Origin: Thalia democratica
Lineage: Eukaryota
Assembly: GCA_965202585.1 (NCBI GenBank)
Contig: OZ241829.1
Location: 26,350,001-26,414,000, forward strand
Length of the DNA: 64,000 nt
Direction of reading: 5' to 3'
The notes under the pieces were generated by a model, which searched no databases, was not told where the DNA came from, and saw only the letters and a program-made list of their open reading frames with translations. The stretch's first letter is position 1. The number at the start of each line of letters is the position of its first letter. Positions 31,511-44,100 of this stretch are shown piece after piece. Position numbers and translations under genes: made by a program.

Positions 31511-34369
31511 CTAGTTTAATTTCTCTTCGATTTTAGTCTAACAGCGTTAATAAACTTATTGAAATACTTTCTTTGTTCAGTGTGAAGTATTAATTTACTT
31601 CTAGTACAGCTACTTAACATTAAAAAGTAAAACTAAAAACTTTTCCATAAGTTTTTATTTGAATAGCGTTTTCGTTGAGTAACTTAAAAAATATAAATTC
31701 AATGTTGAATTATATCGTTATAGGTTACTTCTATTATCAGCACAACTATTCATAATGACATACTTTTGCTTTTTTTTTCTGATTAAGCTAATAAATATTA
31801 AAATTCGTGATTTGTTTGAAACTATTATAGCTAATTACAATAAAATGTACAGTTTAAAGCAGCAATTGTGCTGGAGAAAAATAATTAAAATAAGTTTTTC
31901 TTAGATTTTAGATTGTTAATTTCTTTAAGTTTTAGTATAATGTTTGTTTTTATTAAAATATGAGTAAAACGAGCTGATATAACTCTTATGTTGAAGTTTT
32001 AACACATCAGTTTAAACTAATATGAAATAATTTCATACAGACAGAGCACTAAGTTATAAGTTTTAAAAATCATTTATAATAATAATATAACTTAACATAC
32101 CATTTTCTAGGAATAATTTTTTCTTATATACGTAAATAAAATGAAGAAATTTTTATTCAATCGGTAAAGTAGCTGTATAGAAATCGTTATCTGCATATAA
32201 TAGATATTTAGTAGCCTATCTTAATATCTTACTTGCCGTAAAACTAAACTCTTTTAAAAAATGAAAAGATTAGCAGTTTTATTGCGAAACAATATATAAA
32301 GCGCACACTTGTTTTCTTTATTTAGTGCATTTTATTACGTGGTAAAGTGTGGTAGATAGTTTTTGACTTTAAAATAATTTTGGACATTTTTTTTTTCTTC
32401 CTAAGACGTTAGCGCTGTACGACCTACTTATTAACTTATTGATTAACCTTGCTATTTTAGTTGAAAGCTAGCTAGCATGGGCCTAAAGTCATGGTAAATT
32501 ATCACCATACTGTAATAGGCTGTAAATAAACTTTCCATAATAATCAAACTTTCTGTAAAACTCAAGTAAACTGGACGCTAAAAACAAACTGCACGAAATT
32601 TATTACAAAAAGATAAATAAAAACGATTTATTTTACTGCAAAATTAAGGAGAAAAACTAATATAACAAAAGCTTAAAAGCCTAGATTAAAGTGTTAAAAG
32701 TGTTTTTATGACTATATGCATTTATTATTTTGTGAAAAAAAAAGAGTTTTTTATTAAAAAAATCGTTTAAGAACCTTGCTTTTTATTTTGCATTAACATT
32801 AGTACTATTACCTGCGTTGATGTCCATTTGGTCTCGTGTTGTGTCTTTTTCCTTACTTGATGCTCTCGTGATGATTTGTGGTACAGAGAACATCTTTTTT
32901 GATTTAGTTGATATATTGCGAAGGCCGGAGTTAGACATTCAGTATTTATTTTGTTTAAATTCCTGGTTTAACTAATATAAACAATTTTTAATATTGAAGT
33001 AAGTGCACAAAATTTATACTACATTAGGTGAAAGTGACTACAACAATTATACAATATACACAAAATTTTCATGATTAAAATATTCTCGACAATGTGTTGA
33101 GCTTCGAACTTTTAAATTTCTATCGTAGCAGTGCTAAAGTGATTTTCGCGTCTCTTATTTTCAGAGAATAACTTTTTCCAACTTTGCTTCGACAGACGGA
33201 AATTATCAAATTAAAACTAATGGAACAAATCAGAGAATTGAACCAGCCTCAGCAAATATCGTATAGCGACCAAGGGTTTAAAAAAAGTAACGCTATTTAA
33301 AAAGCAACCGCGTATATATACGAACTGGATATAATTTATTTCCCTTGATAACCAATGTTTTTGTGGGAAACATTGGTTTAAAAGCGTTGTTGTTTATTGT
33401 TTCTGTTTTAACATAGATTATTTCTAAAAACCATATGCCATCGACACAGTATTTTTTGCCATTTTGAGTATTTTTATTATTTTTCAAAATATAAAGTTCA
33501 GACTTTACCTTTACTGACACTTTATATTAGTAAAATAGCAAATTTGCCATTATTTTTGTAAACTTAACGATTATTACACTAATGTCGTATAAGTCTAGCT
33601 TAAATTAGTCAAAAGTAAGAATGTAGAAAATTTTTACAATCTAATTTAAAAAAACGTTCCGTGAAGGCTCTATTTAAAAACCAATATTTTACCACAACAA
33701 TAGTCGAAAACTAAAATACGACATAACTGTTTTCTGATTTGCAATTAACTTTGTTTGTGGTTATTGGTTAGTAATATTGTCCAGTGTACTTAACTTCGAC
33801 AAATAGAACCGCTCAGCTTATATATATACATTTTATTTAATTACAGCGTGGCAGTTGTTTTTTAGATTTTTGATAAAGTAAGCGTTGATGTTATTATGAG
33901 TTGAAATTTTTACTTTAAAACGACAAACTGATTAAATTTCTATTTTGTTAGTACTTTGAAGTATTAGTATAACTTAGTTAATACATTAGATACATCTTTT
34001 TTGTAGTAAATTTTGGCATTCAACTTTTTAATGAATAATACTATGTTTATAAATAGTATTACTAATGTTTTTTATCAACTTTTTTTTATACGCATTGCTT
34101 TCCAAGTTTATAAATATCATAAATCTGTACATAACAGCAACTAATAAAAAGTTTCGCTCATAAAATTTTTAAAAACAGCATTTACTTTAAGAAACCCCTA
34201 CAGTTTTATTGTATTGTTTTACCTTTTGTAACTTGATGGTGTCGCAAAAAGCTTTTATGGTAAATATGACCCGGCAACTAAAAGTTTTTAGAATAATTTT
34301 TAAATATGTTGAAAAAAACAAGTACTTTAGCTCTCCATTAAAGTTTTATAAATCATAAATTTACTTGAA

Positions 34370-34460
34370 TCGGATCCGGCCAGATCTGAACTTAAAAACA
34401 GATCCGAATCTTTTTTTGAAAAAATTTCCGGACTGATCCGAAAAATGTAAATGCGGTAGT
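34370..34460. repeat. CCGG/GGATCC-rich fragment related to the hAT subterminal repeats at 61776-63603
   Basis: tcggatccggccagatctg...gatccgaatcttttttgaaaaaatttccgga. Confidence 0.45.
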
Positions 34461-36635
34461 TGCAATTAAAAGTTTAGTATATAATAAATAGTTGACTTCT
34501 TTAGTTTGGTCTATTAGTGGTTTATTAGTGTATCTCGACTAGTAAATACATTATAAAACACATTGAAGAATTATTAAGAAAAACTAATTAAGAAAAAAAA
34601 ATTCAAACTAATATTTTTGTTCATCAGTAGCTGTAATAAATTTAGGAAAGTATAACTAAGATGTTTAATTTTAAACTTTGTAAAAGTTTAAAAAGATCAA
34701 AAAATTTTGTAATAACGTTTAAACTAAAGCATTAACAAGTCGTACAATATTGTTTTTAGTTTTTTTTATTTTCTTTAGTTTATTCTATAGAGTTTATTGA
34801 TTTTATTTTAGACTTACACCAATCTAATTAGTTAATACAAATGATCACATATATAATTTGTTAAAAAAATATAAACAAAACTAAAAAACAAAAGTATTAA
34901 TCAGTGTTAGCTTTTATTACAAAATATCGGAAATTTATAACTAAAAATAAATTTAAAGATGTTAAAATTTTAAACAAGTTCTAAAAAAATTTTTCTTACA
35001 TTTTTTAAAACCACAAACTATGTTTTTTCACATAAAATTAAACATTTTGTATAAATAAGCGGAGAAAAATTATTGAAGGTCACGTTTTTTGATAAATCAT
35101 AGCAAAATGTTAACAGTTAGTCTATTAAATTTGTTTTATAAAAGTTAACAGTTGCTAAAAGTGGCGACGTATTGTGTTTTTGTTAAGGGTTGCAGAAAAG
35201 TTACAAGTGTTTGAACAATCCCTTTATTTAGTACTTTAAAACTAATTAAGTAAGATAAAAATTCTAAAATTACAACAAGTCGTTTGCAAAGAAAAGCTTA
35301 TATTATTATTAATTTTACCATTTTATAATTTTATAAGTATTCTGTTTTTTGAAACCTGCTCGAACGCTCCACTCCCGCGACTCCCCTGTTTTTTAAATAA
35401 ACTTGCGTCTTTAGTTTAATAAGTTATTATTAGATTTCTGTCTTCTGATTAGTCCTAATGTTAATATTATAATTGTTGTGTTAATTGCAGTTATTAGTAA
35501 TTTGTTCTAACGATAACAGTTATTAAGTTTATAGCTAAAGATATTCTAAGAATACATAGTTAAATATAAATTATTAAGTTAAACTTTAGTCTTGAATATA
35601 AATATTTAAAACATTAAGTTTTTTTTTTATTTCAAATAGTTTTTAACGTATGATTGAAAAATAGGAAGTAAAAGTACACTTAAGAAACATCATTGACGAA
35701 AAAATTAACTTCACTAGCTGTTAAAAGTTATAACTAAAACTTAAACACAGGAAATTTTATGTTTTAAACTATTATAAAAGCAAGAAACAAATTAACTTTT
35801 CCCATGTCGGTAGAATTATGAAGTTAAACAGTTATAATAATATCTAATGTACAATTTATAACTTTTTTTTACAAAACTTAACGTTTTATGTATACTGTCC
35901 TGGACAAGACATTAAAAGATATCCGTGATGTGCGACTTCATAAACGAAAGGTTTTTTTGTGCACCAGGTCCTAAGACCAGATTTTTTGAGCGTATTTTTT
36001 GTCACTCAATAAACTATATATATTCTTTAAGCATATAAACAGTTTATTTTACTTTACAGCATCTTTTTAATTTTTTTTAATTAGCAATAACTTTCTTAAC
36101 AAAAAAAAACAAAATTAACATCTAAAAACTTTTAATTACTATTTTAATATATTGTATAAAACTTAGACTTTCAAATTAAAACATTTTTTCTAAGCTTTTA
36201 CTAATATATATGAAAAACATATCAATTTAGAATGTCATACCACGATTTATTATTTAACAATTCAATACTAGTTTTTGATAACTTTTTACAAATTAATATT
36301 TTAAGTTGTGTAACCTCTTTTATTGAACAACACTAACATTTAAAGTCCGTATTTTATAATTTTCGTTCAGTTAAACTAGTAGAAGTTTAGTTATTATTAT
36401 TGTAAGTTTATTGTCATACTAAGGACCCAGGCATCAAAACCTAGGCCACATATACAGAAAGACATACAATAAAAAGATAAAAATAAACCAAAATTGTACA
36501 TTAAAAATGAAAAAAAAAACTGAGTTTAACTAATTAAAGTTTAAAATTAACATAAAAACACAAAATTATAACACAAAATTTATAATTCCTGTGCTTCCGA
36601 AAAGAGAACAACAATATCCTACTCCAACTTCACCC

Positions 36636-36812
36636 GAACAAATGGTTTCACTCCAAAACTGGTTTCACTTTCATTTGATCAACTGGCTTCACATTATTTG
36701 AACAACTGGTTCAGCCTTCATTTGAGTAAATGGTTTAACTTTTATCCATACAACTTGTTTCAATTTTAATCGTATAACTAGAACCGCTTTTATCTGAACA
36801 ACGTGTTTCACT
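36636..36812. repeat. Degenerate ~24-bp tandem repeat, ~7-8 copies
   Basis: Recurring gaacaactggtttcactttcattt-like unit. Confidence 0.6.
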
Positions 36813-38268
36813 TTTGTTAGGAGAGCCTGCTTCATCGTTACTTTCAAATCTTTAATACTCAAATAACTCAGCGTTTGTTAGACTTTCGTAGTAGCTGATA
36901 AATTTTGAGAACACTGACTACAAACAAAACTTAAAAACCCAAGGCCCCAAGCACTTTAACAGGCCAATTAAATATGTATTAAGGAACAGTTATTAAAAAA
37001 TAATAATAATATATTATGGATCTGAATAAATATGTGCAATAAAAACAATTCATTTTTAAATTGGTTGTAGCCTATAAACGAAGTAAAAATCTTTATATCA
37101 TACTCTAATCAAAAATACCCAAATAAACAGTCATAAACTTTCGAGCTTATAAGGCTAAAAAGCATAACTTCAATAAAGTTTCTGTATGTGTTTAAACTAT
37201 TTGTTTCTTTTAATTATAAAACTAATTTATGTAGATATAAATAAAAAACAAAAATGAATAATTCATTTGTGAAATTAAACATTTTTTCAGAAGGAAAGTT
37301 GTTTAATTTTTTTGTTTTTATGGCTCATCATAGATAGTCTAAAAACGCTTAACTCTCGGAAACGTGAACCCAGAAACTAAAATCTTCATGATCTGAATCT
37401 TTATTGTTTTCAACTGAACCAAATGACCCTTTGTTATTTACTTCTTTTAACTCGCTGACGTCACGACCGTCATCACGTGTAACTATGACATCATTACAAC
37501 AAATATCACACGAAATTGGAAACGACGCTGCATTTTGGGTAGGTCTTTTTATGGGTAGTATTTTATGGGCATTATTTTATGTGTAGAATTGCAGCATTCA
37601 ATTATGCCCATAATTTGATGTGATGTCATCAAATTTATGTGTAGTATTTAGATGTTGCTGCAATTAAGTGAAATAAATTTTTGTACTTTTCTTTTGTAAA
37701 CAAACAAAAACTGTATAGGCCTCTAAAATGTTGAATTTAAATTTATGCCATGTAAACAATACTGACTAAAACAAAACATTGAAATTTTACATTAGTGTTT
37801 TAAGTGTTAAAAATTTGCTTATAGTTAAGTTTATGAATGCATGTTTTTTTTTAAATAGCCAAATCACTTGAAAAATTAGTGTGTAACTTTTAATTTTGTC
37901 ATAAAAATTAATTAATATTTTTTTCGTTTTTGTTTTTCATATTGAAAACTTATATTTCTAACTATAAAAGTAATAAATAATATATAACAAAATATATTTT
38001 TTTAAGAAAATATAATTTTAACAAATTTATATATTTTGTATTGTTTGGAATATTTTGTATTTTTTTATAAGATTTAAAATTTTAAAAGAAGTAAAAGTGT
38101 CAGCAGCAAAATAGAAGACTATATAACAGAATTAATCTTAACTTTCTTTGTAAAACATAGAAAATAAATATATAAGTAGTAAAACAGTTGTTAATTTGGT
38201 CTTTTTAGGTTAAAGTATTTGTTATAATGCTCATTAAATGTTTTTTTTAGTTATAGTAATATTTTTTT

Positions 38269-38647
38269 CAGGGTTTCCACTTTACCTGGAAAAATCTGGA
38301 GTTTGTAAATTTAGGGAAAAAAAACCTTTAACTTAAGAAATTTTGAAAAAAAAACTGGAAAAACATTGAATTTTAAACATAAAACCTGGAATTTTATACA
38401 GTTTGAACATGTTTAGTAGTAAAATTTAAATTTGACACAAAAAATCTATTTAATAGAGAGAATTTTTTTTTTCATCATCAAAAATTAAAAAAAAAGATTT
38501 AAAGTAGCTCTACAGGATTTTTTATATTTTTTAACATAGTTATCTTACCTTAAATTTAACTTTAAACAAAAATAGACCCAAAAATATGTACTTTTAAAGA
38601 TCTGGAAGAAATTTGGAAAAAAAATTAAAAAATGAGTGACAACCCTG
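38269..38647. mobile_element. MITE with CAGGGTT terminal inverted repeats
   Basis: cagggtttccac (38269) and gtgacaaccctg (ends 38647); no clean TSD seen. Confidence 0.6.
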
Positions 38648-38906
38648 TATTTTGATATCAGTTATTACTCAGTTTAACTATGTGGTTTTTAGTTTTTGCA
38701 CAGTAAACTTAGTTGCTTTATATTTGAGTTTCTTAATTTTACCATGTTTTTTGGTTTCTGCCTTTGACTGATTAAATATTAAAAATAATTAGATTTTTTT
38801 AAAACAGTAAAAAGCAATTTATACCTTAGTTCAAACCCTACAAAATAAGATCATTTACTAAATTTGTTTTATATATTTTTTGTAACAGGTTTCTATTTAA
38901 AAAGCT

Positions 38907-39638
38907 ATGACACAAGAAGTTTTTTCTTTAATTAGTAAATTGAAACATTTGCCAGAAGATGAGTTTATAAAACTTTTCTTTAGCGAATTTTCCAGATTAA
39001 GTTTGAGGCCACTTAGTGAGTTTATAAAAAGTGTACACTTTGATGAAACTCATGAAGTTGATAAAACAGCCTTAAAATTGCAACTTGGTTTGCCTACAGA
39101 GTTAATTCCAATTAAAAACTCTGGAGCTTGGGACTGCCTCTTCAAGGCTATTTCACAGTCACTATATGGTACTGAAGACAGTCACCACAACCTTAGGCTC
39201 CAAGATTTTATTTGGATGTTGAAAAATAAAGAAACTGTTGTCCAAATCAAAGAAAAGTACAAGTATTTTGTATCAGATTCTGTGTTTTCCTTGACGCTAC
39301 AAGTTGGAGTACCACAAACTTGGATGGGGGTGGTCCATATTGCTTGCAGTGCAATGGCATTGATGGTTCACATAAGTACTTTTTATCCCTTTGTTAATGG
39401 ATTAAAAAACACTACGGCTAAAGTGCTTAACAAAATATATAATTGTGAAGCAGTTAGTAGCGAAGTGATCATTAATATTCAATGGTCAAGCATAATTTTT
39501 GACAAAACAAAACATTATTGGCAGCCTAATCATTTTGTGAGTTTAGTTGATAAAACTAAAAAAAAATATAAATTAAATATCAATAACCATGGAATTTTTT
39601 ACTTGACAATTTTGAAAATGATAGTGATGAATTTGTAA
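38907..39638 (+). CDS. OTU-like (vertnin-type) cysteine-protease-fold ORF, 243 aa, at the 5' end of a Mutator-like element
   Basis: SGAWDCLFKAISQSLYGTEDSHHNLRL (Cys box), TWMG..HI...AMAL...ISTFYP, NIQWSS, WQPNHFVSL (His box), the motif order of vertnin-like OTU domains. Confidence 0.7.
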   Translation: MTQEVFSLISKLKHLPEDEFIKLFFSEFSRLSLRPLSEFIKSVHFDETHEVDKTALKLQLGLPTELIPIKNSGAWDCLFKAISQSLYGTEDSHHNLRLQDFIWMLKNKETVVQIKEKYKYFVSDSVFSLTLQVGVPQTWMGVVHIACSAMALMVHISTFYPFVNGLKNTTAKVLNKIYNCEAVSSEVIINIQWSSIIFDKTKHYWQPNHFVSLVDKTKKKYKLNINNHGIFYLTILKMIVMNL

Positions 39639-41110
39639 ATGATAGTGATGATAAAAAACACATTTGTAAGGAAGCTAAAATAAAACCTTCTATAGAAACT
39701 ATTGATATTAAAAAATAAAATTAATAAAACTCCACAATCTTTTCCAAGTTATGATTCTGATGAAAATGATTTTGTAAATAATGCTGATTATAAAGAATTT
39801 AAAAGTAACTATAGTAAAACAAAATAAAACTTAAAAACTGTTCATGGTCAAAAAGAAAACAATAAGGGTAATAACATTGAGCAATCAGTTTCAATTGAAG
39901 ATACAAAAAACAATGAATTAGAAAACAATTTGGATAATGTCTTTATTAAACCTTACAGAGAATTTAAACAAAACAAGGATATATATGAGTTATTAATTAA
40001 CTGTAATCAAGTTTTTGATAAAATACCAAACGTTATAAAAAGCAATAAACAATTTGTTGTTGACATGAACAATTATTATTTTCCGAATAGAAAAAGACCT
40101 TTTAAATTTTTTGATGATTGCGGGGAGTGGGATTACAAAACTAAAAACATTGTATTACTTAAAATCAAATTTTTCTCAAGTTTATAAAAAAGATGTTTTT
40201 TTTTCAAAAAGTCTAAATCTTGCTCTGTAGAAACTCTAATAAAAATACCAGATGAAATAAAAGAACCTGGCATAGTTAAATTTGTATGGTATAAAACAAA
40301 ACTGAAACTTGATGAAAAATTTTTTAGAATAGTTACAGTTATAGTTTCAAATAAAATCAAAAGAGCTTTGTTTCAGTACATAGGTAAACAACCCATGAAA
40401 TGTAAAAAAATAAGAGTTGATCCAATGTCAATTAAAAAAGTTAAAGATGACATAAATGTAAAAAGTAAAAAAATAAAGAATACTGTTTATGATCCTATTG
40501 TATCAACTAAAACTATCAAAAATACTAAATATAGAGTAAATAATAAGCACAAAGTGTTGAAAGAAAAAAATATTGCTAATGACTTGGAAAACTGTTTTGA
40601 AAAAGTTGATGATGGATTTGTTCAATATATAAAAAAATTTAATAACCCACAGTTTAATAATGTACAAGATAACTTGTCTTCGTTTGTACTTTTTACAGAA
40701 GACCAATTTCTTGACATGATCACATGTTCAAAAGATCTTGGATCAGTTTTAAGTGTAGACAGGACTTTTAACTTAGGAGCACATTTTCTAACACCTATTA
40801 CTTTAAAAACAACAAAGTTACCTTCAGAAATAATAACTCTAATCCTGTGTTTCTAGGTCCATGTTTTCTGCATAAAAAATCTAAGCAAGAGGACTAAGAT
40901 CATTTTTTCAATTTTGTTAAATCTAAAATACACAGTTATTTCCCTGAGTTTGATTTTTCCAAACTATCATTTGTGACAGATGGGGAACAAGCTCTTATAA
41001 ATTCAGTCTATAAAATATTCCCAGAAAGTTTGAAATTTAGATGCCATTTACATAGAAGTAAAAACATTATATACAATTTAAGAAAATCAAATATTAATTT
41101 TTCACAAAAA
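39639..41110 (+). mobile_element. Decayed, 3'-truncated Mutator-like (MULE) transposase
   Basis: VLSVDRTFNLGAHFLTPIT (first D), frameshift, NPVFLGPCFLHKKSKQED*, FVTDGEQALINSV..IFPESLKFRCHLH (second D and CxxH). Sequence ends before the catalytic E region. Confidence 0.8.
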
Positions 41111-44100
41111 GCAAAAATAAAACGAAGGGTACAGAAGGTAATGATCAGCCTTGCAAAATTGGTAGGTGACAGTTGTGTTGAGCCAGTACTCGTTAACATC
41201 AACGCTGTAGTAGTATGCCACTTGGTAATTTTCTGTGTTCGGCGGGTCACCGCATTCTGTTGTTGGCAAAGTTGAGTTTTACTGTTTTGTTGTGCTTAAA
41301 AAATAACTTTAGCAACAAAAGTTTAACAAAATAACGTGAATTTATAAAAAAAAAGTATCAATAAAGTTTCTGACCTTTCATGCAAATTGCCACCGCACTG
41401 TTGTTCCAAGTACCGCCGTCCAAACATTCGTACACGTAATCGGCATCCTGGTCGTAGAAAGTGAAATCGACGTTGCAAACGATTTGAACGACTTCCCCTG
41501 GCAAGTTAACATTGGGCCGATGTTTGTCATTTCGCAAAAAAATCACTTCACCATCAGGAACTTCAAGCAGAGGGCATGCTGTGAAGATATATCAAGTTTG
41601 TAATACACGCTTTTTAATTTGAATTCATTCTACAACTAAACAAATTTTAATAGTATTAATACAACAATATTTCACAAACTTTTAAGGCACTTCACATCTT
41701 CTGACCATCCTTTGGAAGTGCATTCAAGTAAATTATTCACTAAAGTCGACCCGAAGCCTTCTTTGCATACGTAAGTTATTTCAACTCCGCGCACGAATTC
41801 ATCGCCCAAATAACTCTTTACAATAGTTGTCGTTGCACTGCCTATTTGCGGGCATCGGATACCTTAATTTTCGAATTTTTTTATTGCTTTGTTTTTGATT
41901 AAAACGTAGAAGAGGATTTAAAAATATAAGAGCAGTAAAAATTAGCATTCGAATATAAACGTGAAACCTTCGTGGCAGTGCGCGTTTCCTTTTTCGCACA
42001 TGGCCTTCAACTGGGTGGTACCACCGACGTCGTTGAAGCGTCCATCCATGTTTATTTCAACATAATCTTCGGCTTCGTTCCTCTCACCGGTAGGCTCCCC
42101 AGCCGCCCACCCGATGAACAAATCTTCTTCGATTCCCGGATCAACCTTTATGCTGGCTTCTGTTCCGTCCAGAAACTTGTACTCCCCTTCAGTGTTTAAA
42201 TCGTTTATTCCGGTGTAAACTCAGTCGTTGGCCCTCATTGACCTTATTGTCCTGTGAAAAGGTAAAAATTGAATTTTTTTTTACAAATGAGGTTAGTTTG
42301 CTTTCTGATTCATCTAATTGTGTTAAACTTTTACTAACGTACTACTAACTCATGATAAGGTTTCCACTTTAGCATCAACGAATGCTGCAATAAAGTACCA
42401 TTGAATTCATTTTGACAGAAAGCCAAAGCGTTTTTGTAATCATGAAGACTTGCAGACTTTTGAAATTTGAAGCATTCTGTAATATAAAAGCAGTAAGGTT
42501 TAATATTTCTCACGAAACATTTACCAGCGTAGGAGAACAGAAGAATTGTTGGTTTTTGGTACAAACCTAACAACAAAAAATTACCGTTAACGCATTGCGG
42601 AACGTTTGAATTGTCCCAATCTCCACCATCCTGGCACGTGTAAACGAAATTTCCCTCATACAGCAGCGTGTATCCCTCCTTGCAAACGTACTCGATGGTC
42701 AGAGGTGCGTCGACACTTGCGCCCTCTACGTATTTCACTGTTAAATTCAATCGGTCGAGGTCGTCATCGTTTATAGGTAAGTTTCCACAGCCTGTAGTTC
42801 AATTCAATTACATTTGTGCTTAAACAAATAGTTAGGTTAAACAAAATGCTCTAAAGTATGCGGTGTGAAAAAGTTAAAATTAAGTTTGTTAGTCTTTGTT
42901 TGTCTATATTAAAACTTGTAGTATAATAGGTAAGTACATAGAAGAAATTTAAAATCAAAAAGATTTTATTAAAAAGTGAAAAATCTGACTTAAAACTGTA
43001 ACTTATGCGACTAGTGAGTTATAAAAATTACTTAAAGAATAGAAATAGCTTCCGTGAAATGCAGTAAAACGATGATTAACCTCTCCGGTGCAACACATCG
43101 TAGAGATATTTTTGTTTCAAAAAATTATATGAAAAATTAAATGAACAATTTCAAGTGGAAATAAACAGCTGCCGCAAATGTTGTAATACAAATCTAAACA
43201 GAGTTATTTGTATAAAGCACATGGTTTTTACCGTGGCATTTGCCTACCGATCCCTCCCACTTGCCAGTTCCATTGCAACGCCTTGTGTTCAGGGATTCAG
43301 GGAAGAGTGTGAAATCACTGGAGCATTGGTACTCAGCTGTCTGGCTCCAAGCACTGTAAATAGTCAACACAGCCGCAACTCCGTTTGCAAGATTACCCGG
43401 AGCAGGAGGTGGACAATCTTTAAAGAAAGTTTAAGTTAACCAACTACGTTTAAGTTGGCTGGTATATAAATCTAATTTTACGCATAATTATTTGTTAAAA
43501 ATTAAGAAACATTCAAAACACGAATGTACCTAGATTGCACTTTTTTGATGCCAAGTAAATCAATTTAAGCAGGTGTGGTAGAACCGCATTCAAACGGACT
43601 ATTCAAACTGGACACAAAATTATTTTTTAGTAGTCTATTGCACAAGACAAGTGTTGTTCGGAAATATATGCATTTTTACTAAAAGGCTCATATTTATAAG
43701 AGTAGTTTTTTAAAACTTTATAGAAACTCATATGTGTTTTGTTCTACGACTCAAAGTCGTATTAATTAGAATTTAGTTTCTAATCCTCGATGACTTACTG
43801 GGTTTACATTCCCCTAGTTTTCCTGTCCATTTCCCATCACTATCACACTTCCTTTCGTTGTCTGATGCAGGAAAGAGTGTAAAGTCTTCGTTACATTGAT
43901 ACACAGCTGTATGATTCCATTCAGTGTGTTTTGTCACATCAGCTACACTTCCATTTAGAAGATCATTTGGAGCAGGTGGGCAATCTTGAAAGGAATTCAG
44001 AATAAAAGCTAATTCTTAGTTTGACTAACTATAAAAAATTAGGATATGATATAAGTTAGCTGGTATATAAATATAATTTTACGCATAATTATTAGTTAAA

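Noticed and set aside
32812-32962. Well-bounded minus-strand exon-like segment (ccag|...cag|gtaata) with two open frames
   Set aside because: No recognisable domain and no partner exons could be linked; left unannotated.
42221-42223. Selenocysteine reading of the TGA
   Set aside because: The position corresponds to an aromatic residue, not a redox Cys, and no SECIS could be identified.
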